This document shows positions 25,898 to 38,327 of a stretch of DNA of 64,000 bases, in pieces. The translations under genes and the position numbers were made by a program. The notes under the pieces are model-generated. The model was not told the DNA's origin. It made no database searches and worked only from the letters and a program-made list of their open reading frames with translations. The stretch comes from Eledone cirrhosa (taxonomy: Eukaryota). Numbering within the stretch: the first letter of the stretch is position 1; each line of letters begins with the position of its first letter. The DNA lies in contig OZ024741.1 in the NCBI GenBank assembly GCA_964016885.1, positions 381,858,001 through 381,922,000 of the forward strand, written 5' to 3'.

Positions 25898-26489
25898 CAT
25901 ACATACAAACACCCATAAACATAGATAAAGGACCAGTGGATTAAGAATTGCGTGTCAGTGAGTCAGATTTCCGGACAACACGATGCATTTTATTCTCCAG
26001 CAGGACACTTTATTTTACGTTGTTCCAGTTCACTCAGATATACAAATAAATTGCGACCTCACTGGTGCCAAGCGGAATGGGCCTTTGTCTTTTATCCTAG
26101 TAAACATCGGTGCGGTCCAGAAGAAAGCCTGAAAATCATAGGAGACTTCTGGTATCACACAAAACACTTTGCTCGTAATTCTGCCGCGTGCAAATTCATA
26201 CGCATAATGATATATGTAACAAGTCTAAAACTGCCAAATAGACGGTAAGATGAAGGAAAGGAAAATGTTAATTACCTCGTGATCTTCTTTTTGGGAGGGG
26301 GGCAATTTTATCAGTGTGTTGGAGGGTGAATTTTATGTTTTTATCTATATTTGTGAACGTCATAGATATTATGTCGGCCACCTCACGACTAAAAAGAACT
26401 TACGTGTATCCGCAATTAATGCTGTAACTCAGAGGACTAGATCTCTTACACTGCATGGATATACTGAAATTGAACGGATACATAATATC

Positions 26490-27010
26490 TACACTGAATT
26501 GACTTAGGAATTGAAGGTGCCGCAGCCATAAGACTGCCTCAAAGATCTGCTTCATGAAAGTACTACACTTCAGCGAAAACATAACCACAGCTATCCGCAA
26601 GGAAGGATTTTACATACAATTAGCTCACTCCGGTCGTTCACTACAAGGATATATTTCTAAAATGTGATCCAGAGGCAACAACAAGCAATGCACGCTGACT
26701 AACTGCATTATCCACGGCACAGGTAGGCGCCAGCTGACATGTGGCGTACCGGATTGAATGAAACAAATCTAAGTTCTACATTGGTACTATGATTCGACTA
26801 CTCCATATAAGCATTAAAGAACACCTCAACATGCACACATCATCATTAAGAAAGGCATTAACGAATGCAGAAACACCAACAAAGATATAGCAGTTAATAT
26901 TGAATCCAGAGATAACAATGTGGGCAATTTAAGAATAAAGGAAGCCTTCATTGTACGTAGACTCATTCCACAAATCAATAACAGAATAGAAATCAACACA
27001 CAACACTTGA
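26490..27010 (+). mobile_element. Highly decayed fragment of the 23.2-25.8 kb PLE type (endonuclease end)
   Basis: AIRKEG..QLAHSG, FYIGTMIRLLHISIKEHLN, LRIKEAFIVRRLIPQINNR. Confidence 0.75.
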
Positions 27011-27657
27011 CATAAAGGGACATTTCCACTTGCACACACTTGCAACCTAAAAATAATAATCTATATGAGAAAATTAATTCCATACATACGGCAATTGGCG
27101 TCATCCCCTTTCTTCTCATCTACAGCAAACATCAAACAATGCTTGAAAGCTGTTTATGAATTTAAAATTAATTTAAATCTAATATCAAAGCGCATAGACT
27201 GTAACGTTTTTCTATGTGAGTTCCATAGACTCTGACAAAATGAATTTTAATTCCCGACATATTACGATGAAACTAAACAACAACAACAAATAACAATGAC
27301 TACAAGGAAACTAACCTTTTCGTTGCCTTTATTCTACCGGGAATTTTGCATTGTTTTAGCCTTTTTACATAGATCACAATCAACATTACAACGGGAAGAA
27401 ACATAATAGTACCACTGACGTTATCACAGATGTGTGACGAAAGACATTTGATAGACTACATTTATATCTACATTTATATCTATATGTATAGAGTACATTT
27501 ATATCTATATTTTTAACTGTTGGTCAATCCCTGATAAATATTGATTGCCAGCTAAATTAACTATGGAATATACTGAAGTAAAAACCAATCCAAACCAAAC
27601 ATAAAGTGTGTTCTATTATATATTTTTGGCAATATGAACCTCCACAAATATAACAGC

Positions 27658-27698
<41 letters not shown>

Positions 27699-27814
27699 TA
27701 CATACATACTCACACACACACACCCACCCACATACACATGTATATATATATATAGGAAAATGTTCAAGACCCCGACGGCACAGCTCAAGCCGTTTCGACA
27801 GCTGTTCCTGAACA

Positions 27815-27862
<48 letters not shown>

Positions 27863-28414
27863 CTGTATTCCATATATATATATGTATATATATACACGGC
27901 TGAGTGTTTCTATATAACATGAATGAAGGTGGCATAGAGTGATTATTCCTCCCGGCATGTTATGTTTAATGTGTGTTACCAGCGTGCATTGCTTCAATGT
28001 GTTACAGCCCTCCTTTAGAGAAACATAGATCTCAAAACCTTTACCGCTTAAAGACAAATACATGTATTAGTGATGAGAAAGGACTCTTTTAATGCACTGA
28101 TTCTATTATTGAATTGGCGCCAACCGATGACTATCCTGTCTTGCCAAATAATAGAGAGCTAGTCCTGTTGTATAGTTCAAGTATTAAGCCTATTAAGTCT
28201 GGAGCAAAACGTACCACACTAAGTAGAAAGTTTAAGTAACGTTGATGGAAAATATCGAACGGTCAAGTCACATTCACATATACGATGTATACATTGAGCT
28301 AGATGCATCGCATTTCGATACACTAGGTTTTAAAATTGCCATTGTACTCCTCATGCAACTATTTATAATATCTTCATCCTCATGAGAACCCCGACAAAAT
28401 ATATGTTTCCAATA

Positions 28415-28585
28415 TAGGCAAAAGGTCATCAATTTTGGGGAGAGAAATATTGATTAAACGGAACCCATTAATTGTCTGGAAGCTTATTTTATCAACCCCA
28501 GATGAATGAAAGACAGGATTTTAAATCAGATCGCTAAGGCTCAGTGCAAATACTGTTCTAACAACACTGCTAATCCACCACCTTC
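28415..28585 (-). mobile_element. Old diverged SINE copy
   Basis: TTATTTTATCAACCCCAGATGAATGAAAGAC..CTGCTAATCCACCACC. Similar traces near 580-670 and 750-805. Confidence 0.5.
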
Positions 28586-29010
28586 ACAATGTTTCATATA
28601 CACAAAACTCTGCATTCAAATTGAATAATTATTTGTAACCTAGTTACATAGCTTGAAGGTGCTGTATAAAATTAGCTCTGTAATAAACGTTTATTTTATT
28701 TTATCGACACCCGAATTAGAAGGGAAGCTTTGAAGACGGATCGTGAAAAAATAGAGAAAATAACTTAACAAATTTTGTTTAATGATTATTTCCAGCATAA
28801 CTACAATCCTGAAATCTGAATTTTTCTTTAGTTCGATTATCGTCGTTTAATTGCATTATGCACTTGGTGGCACTTAATGTATTGTACTTCACTGTCATTT
28901 ATGTTATTGACACTGGCATAATGGAAGATAAAATAGACTGAGGGCATAAAATAAAAAAAAGTAACAACCAAGTAATGAAGAGGTGAGTAGGGGAGGAAAG
29001 AGAAGAAGAA

Positions 29011-29011
<1 letters not shown>

Positions 29012-29092
<81 letters not shown>
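29012..29092. repeat. (AAT)n microsatellite at the LINE 3' junction
   Basis: About 27 AAT units, preceded by a short (GAA)n. Confidence 0.95.
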
Positions 29093-29094
<2 letters not shown>

Positions 29095-29355
29095 TTTCTT
29101 TATTAACCACAAGGGTTTACATAAAGTAGACATTAAGGACAGTGCAGGACAATGCAGGACGGTACAAATGGGCATTTCTGCGTGTAAAAAAAACAAAAAT
29201 AGAGGATGTAACAAAAATAACAATGAAAATAACAATGAAAAATTCCCCAATAGGGGGGAGACTTCGGAGGGACATTTGTGGAGAAAGCCCAGTAAAAAGC
29301 CACAATGACCCTGACCACCAAGGCAAGTGCCCTCTCCCAGTTTTCCACCTTTAGT

Positions 29356-32300
29356 TTACAGATATATACTCAGAGTCGGCCCATTCACTCGGGCCATTCT
29401 TGCTTCTCTCACCCATCTTTCAACAAAATGCTGGGAAGAGAGCACTTCCTTCTCTACTCTGATTTTCCTTTTCAAATGAAATTTGAAAAAGTCAATCAGA
29501 GCATCACCGAAGAGGTAAGTGCTCGTCTTCAGCCCTTTCAAACGTGTCCACCATACTATCTCTTTCGCCATGGCCACCAGACAGATAAAAACTGCCTGCC
29601 CTTCCCGGCTAAAGGAGGAGGGCGGGGCAATCCTCACGATAGACTCAGATGATAGCTGGATCCGTCCTAAACGCGACAGCAGGTGTTCGACATAAACCCA
29701 CAAGTCAGCAATTTTCGGACACTGGACGAGTGCGTGCAGGACGGTTTCGTCGCCCTGCGCGCATCTCGGACATGCCCGGCTGACGGCACCTCCATGCCTG
29801 TAGAGTTTATCCCGAACTGGCAAGGCTCCTCGGTAGCACTGCCAGGCCAGAGATTTCTGGAAGTTGTCCATAGGCCCTGGCCCGAAAGTTCTTCCGAAGA
29901 GATTGGCTAGTTGATTTTCGTCGACGCCTAGAGTTTCCCCAAGTACGTCGTCGCTCTTCCCCTCCACTAATCCTCTATAGAACGCTGAGGTGGAGTTTCC
30001 ACCGATCACATTGCCCGATTGGTCGAGGGCTGTGAGCGCCTGAAGACATTCCAGTCTCCAGGCGCTCCCTCTCGGTCTTCGCTTGACCCAGGACTGCAGC
30101 TCCGTCAAGGAAACGAGCTGGGGAAAAACGCGTCTAGCAAACGGCGACCACACCTGATCACCGTCGAGGAAGAGGTGGAGATGTCGTAGCCTGAGCGCGT
30201 GCCTGCGCATCATCAGCCACGGCATGCCCAGCCCTCCACGTAGCGGGTGTTGACAACAGATGGACCGCCTGACCATCGGAGCACGTCCCATCCACAAAAA
30301 GCGAAAGAGCAAACGCTCCAGCGCAGTCAGGCGAGGCTTAGGACAAGGTACGACGGTTAGGCGGTAGCAGATGACAGACGCGATGTACGCGTTAGCCACC
30401 TCCGCTCGACCTTTCAGGGATAGCTTCCTCTCCGCCCATTTCTGGGTGAGAGAAGCCACCCTGCTCGTCACCTCGTCCCAGTTTTTGTCCGTCTGGAGGT
30501 CCGGACCGAACCAGACCCCTAGCAATTTAACCGGTCCGTCCGTCCAGCGCCCGACGACGCTGTTGGACGGCATGGACCTGCCTCTCCAGGTGCCGAGCTG
30601 CAGGCCCACTGACTTTTCCTGGTTGATCATTGCTCCTGTCACCGCTTCGCATTCTCTTAGTGTAGTGCCGATCGCCTCGATGTGTTTGGCGTTCGACACC
30701 ACTACGGTGACATCGTCCGCATATGCTGACACGGATCTTCCGCATCCTAGTTCGCGCGGGACTCCCCTCAACGTCTCCAGTTTGTGCAGTAATGGCTCGA
30801 GAGTCAATACGTACAAGAGGGACGAGAGGGGACATCCTTGGCGGACCGAGCGCATGATGTTGAACGGTTCCGACAGGTGACCGTTCACTCTCACCACAGA
30901 GCAGATGTCGCTGTGCATGGCAGCGATCCAGCCTCTGAAGACGGGCCCAAAGCCAGCCGCCCTCAGGACTGCCGCTAGGTAACGATGGTCGACCCTATCG
31001 AAAGCTTTCGACTGATCTAAATTGATCAAGGACCCACCCGTGCCAGGTTCCCTAGCTACCCTCTCTACGATGTATCGCATGAGGTGGAGGTTGTCGTGGA
31101 TGGATCTGTCGGGAATGGCGCATGTCTGCGCCTCTCCCACCAGACCACCAACGACAAGCGCCAACCTCTTTGCTAGCACCTTGGCCAAAATCTTAAACTC
31201 TGTGTTTAGCAGAGTTATGGGCCGGAAATTGTCTATGTTATCCCCCTTGTTCGGATCCTTTCTCAGCAGTGCCACCGCTCCTCGGCTCACAGAACTGGGA
31301 ATTCTCCCGTTCTGTTGCCAGTTGCAGTAGACGTCCGCCAAGAGGCCTCCGAACAAGTCTGGCATCTGTACGTAAAGTTCATAGGGCAGACCATCCAAAC
31401 CAGGCGATTTACCCCTTGTGCAGCCAGTCATTGCCTCCCGTACTTCAGCGGCTGTTATCGGCTTTTCGCAACACTTCGCCTCAGTGGCCGAGAGCCGCGG
31501 CAGTCCGTCGAGGTAGACACTAAAGTCCATCCCTCTACCCGGCCCCCCGCTGCCCCCGAACAGCTGAGTGAAGTGTCGCTGAAAAGCTTCACACATTTGC
31601 CCGGGATCGAGTAGCATGCGCCCGTCGTGGTCCACCAAAGACCGGATCGTGGCTTTGTTGCCACGACGCGCCTCCGCCACTCGGGCCCATTGAACGGCTT
31701 TCGTCCCCTCGTGTCTGAGAGCACGCACCCTAGCTCTGACAACGCAGCCTTCGTGCTTTGCATTGAAGAATTGGTCAAGGGCCAATTTCGCCGCAAGCAC
31801 GTCGGTCGCAATGCCTTTGCTAAGCGCCTCGTCTAATTTTCTAACTAGTTCTCCCTCTGCTCTATTTTTCTCTATTGCTAAAGCCTTACTAAACCTAATC
31901 GATTCTATTCTAATCGCTCTTTTCAGAGCAAACCACCACTTGTTGTTGACGATGGCCCCCGTCAACGCCCGCTTAACTAGTTCGCTAATCCGGTCTCTGT
32001 AGGCCTTGCGCGCTGGTAAGGACGCGTTTAGCTTCCAGTAGCCGGGTCCTCGTCTATGAAGCCTATCTAAGTCAAGCACACAGGTCACGAATTTGTGGTC
32101 CGTGTAGCTGACTATCTTGAATTGTGGACAGCCTATGCTAGACCTATCTATTTCCCTACAAAATACTCTATCTAGATATGATCTGGATGACCCTATGCGG
32201 TTTGTCCAAGTCCACATTGGCACATTCGGGAAATCCAATCGGTACCTGTCAGACAGTTCAAAACGCCTGAGCAGGTTGGTGAGGCTCTTGCACCCTCCAC

Positions 32301-32775
32301 CCCTATCCGCTAATCCCACACAGTCCCAGCGTGCATCTAAGATCCCGTTCCAGTCGCCCACTAACACTAAAGAGCGGGACGTTCCAAGAAAGGTCTCCAG
32401 ACGCCGGAAGAAATCAGGCCGCCCTGCTCCTGTCGGGGCATAGACGGCCACTAGCCTGAAAGCTTGCCCGTCTCCGCTGGTCACGTCCAGCACCACCAGC
32501 TTACCCTCTGGGTCCAGGAAGATGGCCCGTATGGCGAGATCCAAACCTCTCCGAAAAAGCACAGCAACTCCTCCACCCGATCCAGGACGGCTGGGAGATG
32601 CGTACACATCGTAGCCGCCGAAGATCGGTGCGAAGGCCCGTGCTTCGGAGATTCTGGTCTCGCTGATGGCCACTACATCTATGTTTAGTGACCTGAGGTC
32701 GTTGAGCAGGTGACCCTGCTTCCATGACGACCCCAAGCCACGCGCATTTATGCTGCCTATTCTGAGTGAGGTCAT
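29356..32775 (-). CDS. LINE ORF2: APE endonuclease + reverse transcriptase + C-terminal zinc finger (1139 aa)
   Basis: SINARGL, SETR, VYAP, GDWN, YLDR, TDH; KSPGLDG, FRPITLLN, KAFDRV, RQGCPLS, YADD; CPRC..ETVLHALVQC. Confidence 0.97.
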   Translation of the reverse strand: MTSLRIGSINARGLGSSWKQGHLLNDLRSLNIDVVAISETRISEARAFAPIFGGYDVYASPSRPGSGGGVAVLFRRGLDLAIRAIFLDPEGKLVVLDVTSGDGQAFRLVAVYAPTGAGRPDFFRRLETFLGTSRSLVLVGDWNGILDARWDCVGLADRGGGCKSLTNLLRRFELSDRYRLDFPNVPMWTWTNRIGSSRSYLDRVFCREIDRSSIGCPQFKIVSYTDHKFVTCVLDLDRLHRRGPGYWKLNASLPARKAYRDRISELVKRALTGAIVNNKWWFALKRAIRIESIRFSKALAIEKNRAEGELVRKLDEALSKGIATDVLAAKLALDQFFNAKHEGCVVRARVRALRHEGTKAVQWARVAEARRGNKATIRSLVDHDGRMLLDPGQMCEAFQRHFTQLFGGSGGPGRGMDFSVYLDGLPRLSATEAKCCEKPITAAEVREAMTGCTRGKSPGLDGLPYELYVQMPDLFGGLLADVYCNWQQNGRIPSSVSRGAVALLRKDPNKGDNIDNFRPITLLNTEFKILAKVLAKRLALVVGGLVGEAQTCAIPDRSIHDNLHLMRYIVERVAREPGTGGSLINLDQSKAFDRVDHRYLAAVLRAAGFGPVFRGWIAAMHSDICSVVRVNGHLSEPFNIMRSVRQGCPLSSLLYVLTLEPLLHKLETLRGVPRELGCGRSVSAYADDVTVVVSNAKHIEAIGTTLRECEAVTGAMINQEKSVGLQLGTWRGRSMPSNSVVGRWTDGPVKLLGVWFGPDLQTDKNWDEVTSRVASLTQKWAERKLSLKGRAEVANAYIASVICYRLTVVPCPKPRLTALERLLFRFLWMGRAPMVRRSICCQHPLRGGLGMPWLMMRRHALRLRHLHLFLDGDQVWSPFARRVFPQLVSLTELQSWVKRRPRGSAWRLECLQALTALDQSGNVIGGNSTSAFYRGLVEGKSDDVLGETLGVDENQLANLFGRTFGPGPMDNFQKSLAWQCYRGALPVRDKLYRHGGAVSRACPRCAQGDETVLHALVQCPKIADLWVYVEHLLSRLGRIQLSSESIVRIAPPSSFSREGQAVFICLVAMAKEIVWWTRLKGLKTSTYLFGDALIDFFKFHLKRKIRVEKEVLSSQHFVERWVREARMARVNGPTLSIYL

Positions 32776-32810
32776 GTTTAAAATAGAGTGGAAAAGATGG
32801 GAAAGACCAC

Positions 32811-34940
32811 TTACCGTACTTTTGGTAGAGGAGGGATGGTTTTTACATCCCTTTTCACTTGATCGTCTGGTGAAGGGACCGTTGAATCGTCCCTTCGGCT
32901 GGTCGTCGGCTCTTCTAAGAGAATGTCTGAATATACTCTTCGATTAATGGTTCCTCCTAGGTCCCTGAAATCACCAACTGCGTTGGGGAATTTCGTTTTA
33001 ATGTTTGTGTATTGTTTCTGTGCTATTTTTAGCAGTCTTATGTTAGTTGGCGTTTTGATTGGTGCTGGTATTATGTAGTCCTGTTGTGAAATGTCTGTGT
33101 GTTCAATTATGTAAGTCATTAGTTTCTTGTTGTGTGTGTTTATTGCCGTGCATTTGTTTTTCTGGGAGTGGGGTGTGGTTCTGCTATTTTCTTGTCGTTG
33201 TTGCTGGGTGTGTGTGTTTTGTTGTTGTGTTTGCGATGTTGGTGCTTGTGGTGGTGGTGTTGAAGGTGTTGTTGGCGGTGGGGTTGTCGCCGGTGGTGAT
33301 GGTGGTGCTGGTGTGGGTGGTGATGGTGTTGGTGGTGTTGCTGCTGTGGGTCTCTTTGCAGTAGACTTTACCCTTTTCTCATTTCTTTCCTCCCTTTTCA
33401 AAGGCGACGATGCGCTGCTTCTGCGTTTGTGCCTTCTTGAGACCTTTTGCCATCCCTCTCCCACCTCACACTCCATGTCTGATTCTGTAAGGTCGGGGAG
33501 GGGTACCAGCTCCACTCTTTCACTTGTTGTTGTTGGTGATGTTTGCACTGGAGTCTCTGTTGCAGCTGCATTTGGTATTGCTGTTGTTGTTGTTAATATT
33601 TCCACTGCTGCTGCTGTCTTTGATTTCCGTGGAGTGGGTATGGGTGCCACGGACCTATCGTTCCTGGTTGCCGCTTGTCCTGTTGCTGGTAGCCGTGGAA
33701 CCGGATTCGGGAGGAGGGGGGTTTTCTCCTTTCTCATGGTCTTCTCGTTGCAGAAGGCCCTGAGGTGAGTCTTCGATCCACAGCGAAAGCATTTCGGGCG
33801 TTTGCCCTCAACACTTATGGGCAGTTGAGTGCCGTTATCGAAGTCTATCACATCCGGGATAGCTTCGATGCACTCCTGGTTGGTTTGGATTAGCATCTCA
33901 ATGGAGGAGCCGACCCAATCTTCTCTTACTTTTTTCTGTACTTGCAGTACAGTTGTTTTGTCCTCGATTCCGACGAGGACAGACGCGGCCAGCCAAGAAG
34001 GGGTCATTCCGGGGGGGACGTGGGTCAGTTTGACCCTCACAATTTTTTGCCCGCAGTAGGAGGGCACCAACACCATTTCCTCGCTCCTTAGGGTCACTAC
34101 TGATTGGGCCTTTGCCTCCTGGGGTGTGGCAAAAAGTACGTCTACGGTGGCGTATTTTTTGCCTCGGGTGATGTGCGTTTTCCTCTGCCACACAGACCCC
34201 AAGGCTTTTTGTATTTGGGCCTCTGTGGCTCTTTCCACCCTACGGGATTTTGTACTTACTGTACGGTACGTGACCGTACAGTGCTCTTGGGTTTCGAAAA
34301 AATTTTTCGCTGCCTTGCAGATTGCTCGGTGTCCGTTCTTTGTCACCATCTTCTTCGCTTCCTCTAATTCCTCATTTGTTATGAGGATTGTTTCCAGGTT
34401 TTTCGCAATACCTGCAAATGAGATTGGTTTTTCTCTGCTGTTGTTGTTGTCGTCAGAGCTGCTGGTACTTTTGTTGTTGCTGCAGGTACTACGACTACTG
34501 CCTCCGCCGCTGTTGCTGTGGTTGTTGTTGGTGTTGCTGCTGCTAATGCTGTTGTTGTTTATGCTGCTGGTGATGCTGTTGCGGCTGCTACTGTTGTTTT
34601 CATTGTCACTGTTGCTGTTGTTATTACGGCTGCTACTGCTATTATTCCTGACCTCAGACGAATGAACTGGGTTTTCGTATTTCCCGCACACCTGTTTCGT
34701 CGCTGTCGTCGTCGTCGTGGAGAAACCTTGCACGCTTTGCACGAGACTTTTCTTTTCTTTCGTCGCTTGCGAAAGAGAAGGGAGGGAGAGAGACACATTT
34801 AAAGAAGGGAGGGAGAGAGACAATCTTCTCTCTGCTGTAGTGATGATTGAGGAAGAAGAAGACGGAATGAGTGGGAGTGACGTATGAAATTTCTTTTTCG
34901 TAGCCATGTTTTTTTGTTTAAAATGAAATTTTGGGTACAA
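32811..34940 (-). CDS. LINE ORF1: gag-like nucleic-acid-binding protein (709 aa; start may be MATKKK at 34907)
   Basis: Zinc knuckle CFRCGSKTHLRAFC (CX2CX4HX4C), N/S-rich and P/T-rich tracts, GWQKV..KRR motif, position upstream of ORF2. Confidence 0.92.
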   Translation of the reverse strand: MYPKFHFKQKNMATKKKFHTSLPLIPSSSSSIITTAERRLSLSLPSLNVSLSLPSLSQATKEKKSLVQSVQGFSTTTTTATKQVCGKYENPVHSSEVRNNSSSSRNNNSNSDNENNSSSRNSITSSINNNSISSSNTNNNHSNSGGGSSRSTCSNNKSTSSSDDNNNSREKPISFAGIAKNLETILITNEELEEAKKMVTKNGHRAICKAAKNFFETQEHCTVTYRTVSTKSRRVERATEAQIQKALGSVWQRKTHITRGKKYATVDVLFATPQEAKAQSVVTLRSEEMVLVPSYCGQKIVRVKLTHVPPGMTPSWLAASVLVGIEDKTTVLQVQKKVREDWVGSSIEMLIQTNQECIEAIPDVIDFDNGTQLPISVEGKRPKCFRCGSKTHLRAFCNEKTMRKEKTPLLPNPVPRLPATGQAATRNDRSVAPIPTPRKSKTAAAVEILTTTTAIPNAAATETPVQTSPTTTSERVELVPLPDLTESDMECEVGEGWQKVSRRHKRRSSASSPLKREERNEKRVKSTAKRPTAATPPTPSPPTPAPPSPPATTPPPTTPSTPPPQAPTSQTQQQNTHTQQQRQENSRTTPHSQKNKCTAINTHNKKLMTYIIEHTDISQQDYIIPAPIKTPTNIRLLKIAQKQYTNIKTKFPNAVGDFRDLGGTINRRVYSDILLEEPTTSRRDDSTVPSPDDQVKRDVKTIPPLPKVR

Positions 34941-35120
34941 AACCCCAATAACTGGTTATTTAACCCCGAAGGGCCAAATAACGGACAGAAAGACCCCTCT
35001 CACGAGGAGGAGGGTGTCTTTATCAACAATTTGGTTCAAGTTTTAAACAATTTACAATTGTTTTAACGGTTAAAAATTACTATACCTTACAGAGCCGAGC
35101 CTCCGTCAACCATGGCATTC

Positions 35121-35189
<69 letters not shown>

Positions 35190-35202
35190 AAGAAGAAGAA
35201 GA
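35121..35202. repeat. Compound (AAT)n(AAG)n microsatellite at the LINE 5' junction
   Basis: Read directly from the sequence. Confidence 0.95.
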
Positions 35203-36384
35203 ACGTTTATGGGGTTTTGCTACATATAATTTGCATCTTAATTGCCATTGAATCAAAATACATTTTATATGATATCAATGAATAATTTGTTTCACAATAC
35301 ATTCACATTTTTAGTGCATTATATTTTATTACCCCACATTCTTATTCTTAGTTTTATGTCATTTGTTTCAATATAACATACATTGTTATTTAACGATAGA
35401 ATGGCAGGGTCCCTCTGCATATATTCGAGCCGCTATAGTTTGCTGTTAAATATTATTTAATTTAAAACCCACCGTCTTAAAAACAAACAAAGATAAGATA
35501 AAGTGTGCTTACCAAGGGATAATATGATATTGATCATAGATTTGCTCATTCAGTACTAATCTACGATGAAACAGTAGCAGCAGCAATATCAAAAACAATA
35601 ATAACAACAACAGCTAGGCCTTGTCTAACTTGAAAATATATTGCAGTATAGTATAATGTAAATGCAAATACCACAATGTGTCATGCGGAGATCGTAGTGC
35701 AAATATATAAAAGAAAAGCGAAACAAAATTCTGAACAGAAGTTTCCGAGCTCTTTGTTATAAATGTGTTGAAGTTATTTCATTGTAATATACATATACAT
35801 GATACATTGATTTGATGAGTACATAATAAAATTACCTATACCAGGGATAGATTTATGTTGAGTGTAACATATCCTGACATTGATATCATCCTTCTCTCTT
35901 TGCTACTTTTAGTTTAGAGGCAGAACAAAGACATGTATAATGTAGAATACGGAATATCATATGTCAGTAGTAAATATTCGATAAATTCAGTTTATTCCCT
36001 GTTCAAGGTGTATACTAACACATAATATCGTTGATGCAATGGGATTCGGCATAATACACTGCTTTTCCGGCTTGTTATTAGAGACCTATATATATGTTTG
36101 CGAGTTTGCCTGTGTGGGTGTTTGTGTATATGTGCGGGGAAGCGGTTTGCGTGACTAGGTGTGTGTTTATCGGTAGGTATGGGGGTTTATCTGCGTATAA
36201 AAGTTGTATTGTATTTGCCTGTTATCCCGAAAGAAAAATACGTTTAGTATTGAGGCAATAATATTCCGATAGAGATTCCAATATTTACTGCCGCTATTTC
36301 CGGCTTCCAAGGTTACGAAGCGAAACACGAGGGGAATAATGCAGTTAAAAGGGCGGTTTTGTTTTTCGGACTTCAATATATACA

Positions 36385-36445
<61 letters not shown>

Positions 36446-36656
36446 TACAGACGGGATTCACCTGCGGCAATTCCATCATGACAATTCATCACAATCTCTC
36501 CTGCTACCACTCCTCCCCATACATATCCGTATTCTCGCCTTCACGTCCTCATTTTCATCCAACTTCTAATCATCATCATTATAGGCTGCCGCAACACCAG
36601 CAACATCGCCATCAACTGTTAACTGTTTTAGAATTATCCTCATAACTATCTCCATT

Positions 36657-36845
36657 ATGGATTGGCACTATCGGTAGAGGGTCGGACGCCATGCTTTGAC
36701 GCATAGAGTTACGGCCCTTGCCATTCTGTGTTCAAATCCCGACGAGGTTAACTTTGCCTTTCATCCTTATGGGGTCGATAATATAAAGTACCAGTAATAC
36801 ACTGGGCAATTGCTGGCCTTGTGCCAAAGTAGAAACAATTATTAT
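36657..36845 (+). mobile_element. tRNA-derived SINE, full length
   Basis: A box TGGCACTATCGG, B box GTTCAAATC, (ATT)n tail. Confidence 0.88.
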
Positions 36846-37492
36846 ATCGTTCTTCACCACCATTATCAGCTTTAACATATGTAACTTCAGCATCATCTAC
36901 ATAACCATTATCAGCTACTTCCCGCTAAATCTTAAATAGATTACACTCACATTAAAAAAAAAACATAATCTTTCAAACCTACTAATGTTGATGAGTTAAA
37001 ATATATCGTGCTACTACTACTAATCATACCAATCAAGATATTTTCTTGTTGCTTTTATTTACATTTAGTATTGTATTGGAGAAGTTTACTTCAATTTATT
37101 TGGGCATAAAATTCGCCGTTTTATACGCCATACATTTATTCGGCCAAACAGAATCGAAATAGTAAAGTGCTGTATTCCCGTAAATAATAAAAGAAAGGCT
37201 TCATTTCTATATTGTCGTTTCATGTATGATGGAATAATGTCATTAATACTCACTTTGCTATTACAAAATAAACTTTATTTTGTAACATGAACTACATCCA
37301 TTATAAGAGGTGTTGAACACTTTCACTTTGAAAACATTATAAGAGAGCAATAAAGAGAAATCGCTACATATATATTGAACACATCTGAAACATTACATCA
37401 AATTTACTCATGTAAACGATAACTGACAAAAAGCGGATGTAAAATTACATAATTTTTGTTTTCGTAAGGATATCTATATAAGAATAAAGCAG

Positions 37493-37555
<63 letters not shown>

Positions 37556-38076
37556 GTATGGGTGTGGGTGTGTGGGTGTTTGTGTCTGTGTTTAAAGTAG
37601 ATACAGAAATACATATATTTATATACATACATAAATATTATATATATATATATACATGTGTGTGTGTGTGATGTTATATGCATTTGAAAATTTAGAATTC
37701 GGATTTTGGATAAGGATATATATTTGAAGGATAGTATTTAAACTTTATGATATACAGTTTACAGTTCAGTACATAGTCCCACTACACAGCAATTGGGCAA
37801 GACTTCTTCTCCAATAGTTGTGGGTGGTTGGAGTATAAATTTTTTGAGGCTGAAATTTGGTTGGCAGAAACTACATGATCTCGTGTTGTACATTGATAGA
37901 CTCACATACAATAATAAGACTATCCTTTGTTTTCTTGAATTATGAATTGTAAATGCTCTGCTATTGGAATTCTGCTTTATTCATCCAGTTTTGTTTTCGT
38001 TCCTGAAGATGAACTGAAAATAGTACACCGAGTCTGTCTCATCTCACGAATGAAAGTAATGAAGTACTACACTGCA

Positions 38077-38118
<42 letters not shown>

Positions 38119-38327
38119 GAGAGGTACGCACATATATGTGCATACATATATACACATGTATATATACACATATATTTTTTCATAAGTATGTCAGATTGTG
38201 TGTTATCTGTGTCTACTATTTCTTCTTACTTTATAATATATATATTCGTTTTTGAATATATGTTGCGAGATTTCTCATCTGAAATTGTGTGTTAAAAAAT
38301 ATATTGTTATACTTTGGGAGAGTCACG

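Larger units (their letters stand above)
29093..35120 (-). mobile_element. Full-length L1/Tx1-clade non-LTR retrotransposon (about 6.03 kb), both ORFs intact
   Basis: 5' UTR, ORF1, 35-bp spacer, ORF2, and a 3' UTR ending AATAAAGAAATC. (AAT)n on both sides. Confidence 0.95.

Noticed and set aside
28837-29250. Poly-Leu and poly-Ile ORFs resembling membrane proteins
   Set aside because: They derive from the (AAT)n tract and the LINE 3' UTR.
29305-35066. Many plus-strand and alternate-frame ORFs of 60-213 aa
   Set aside because: They are shadows of the GC-richer LINE ORF1/ORF2 and have no motifs of their own.
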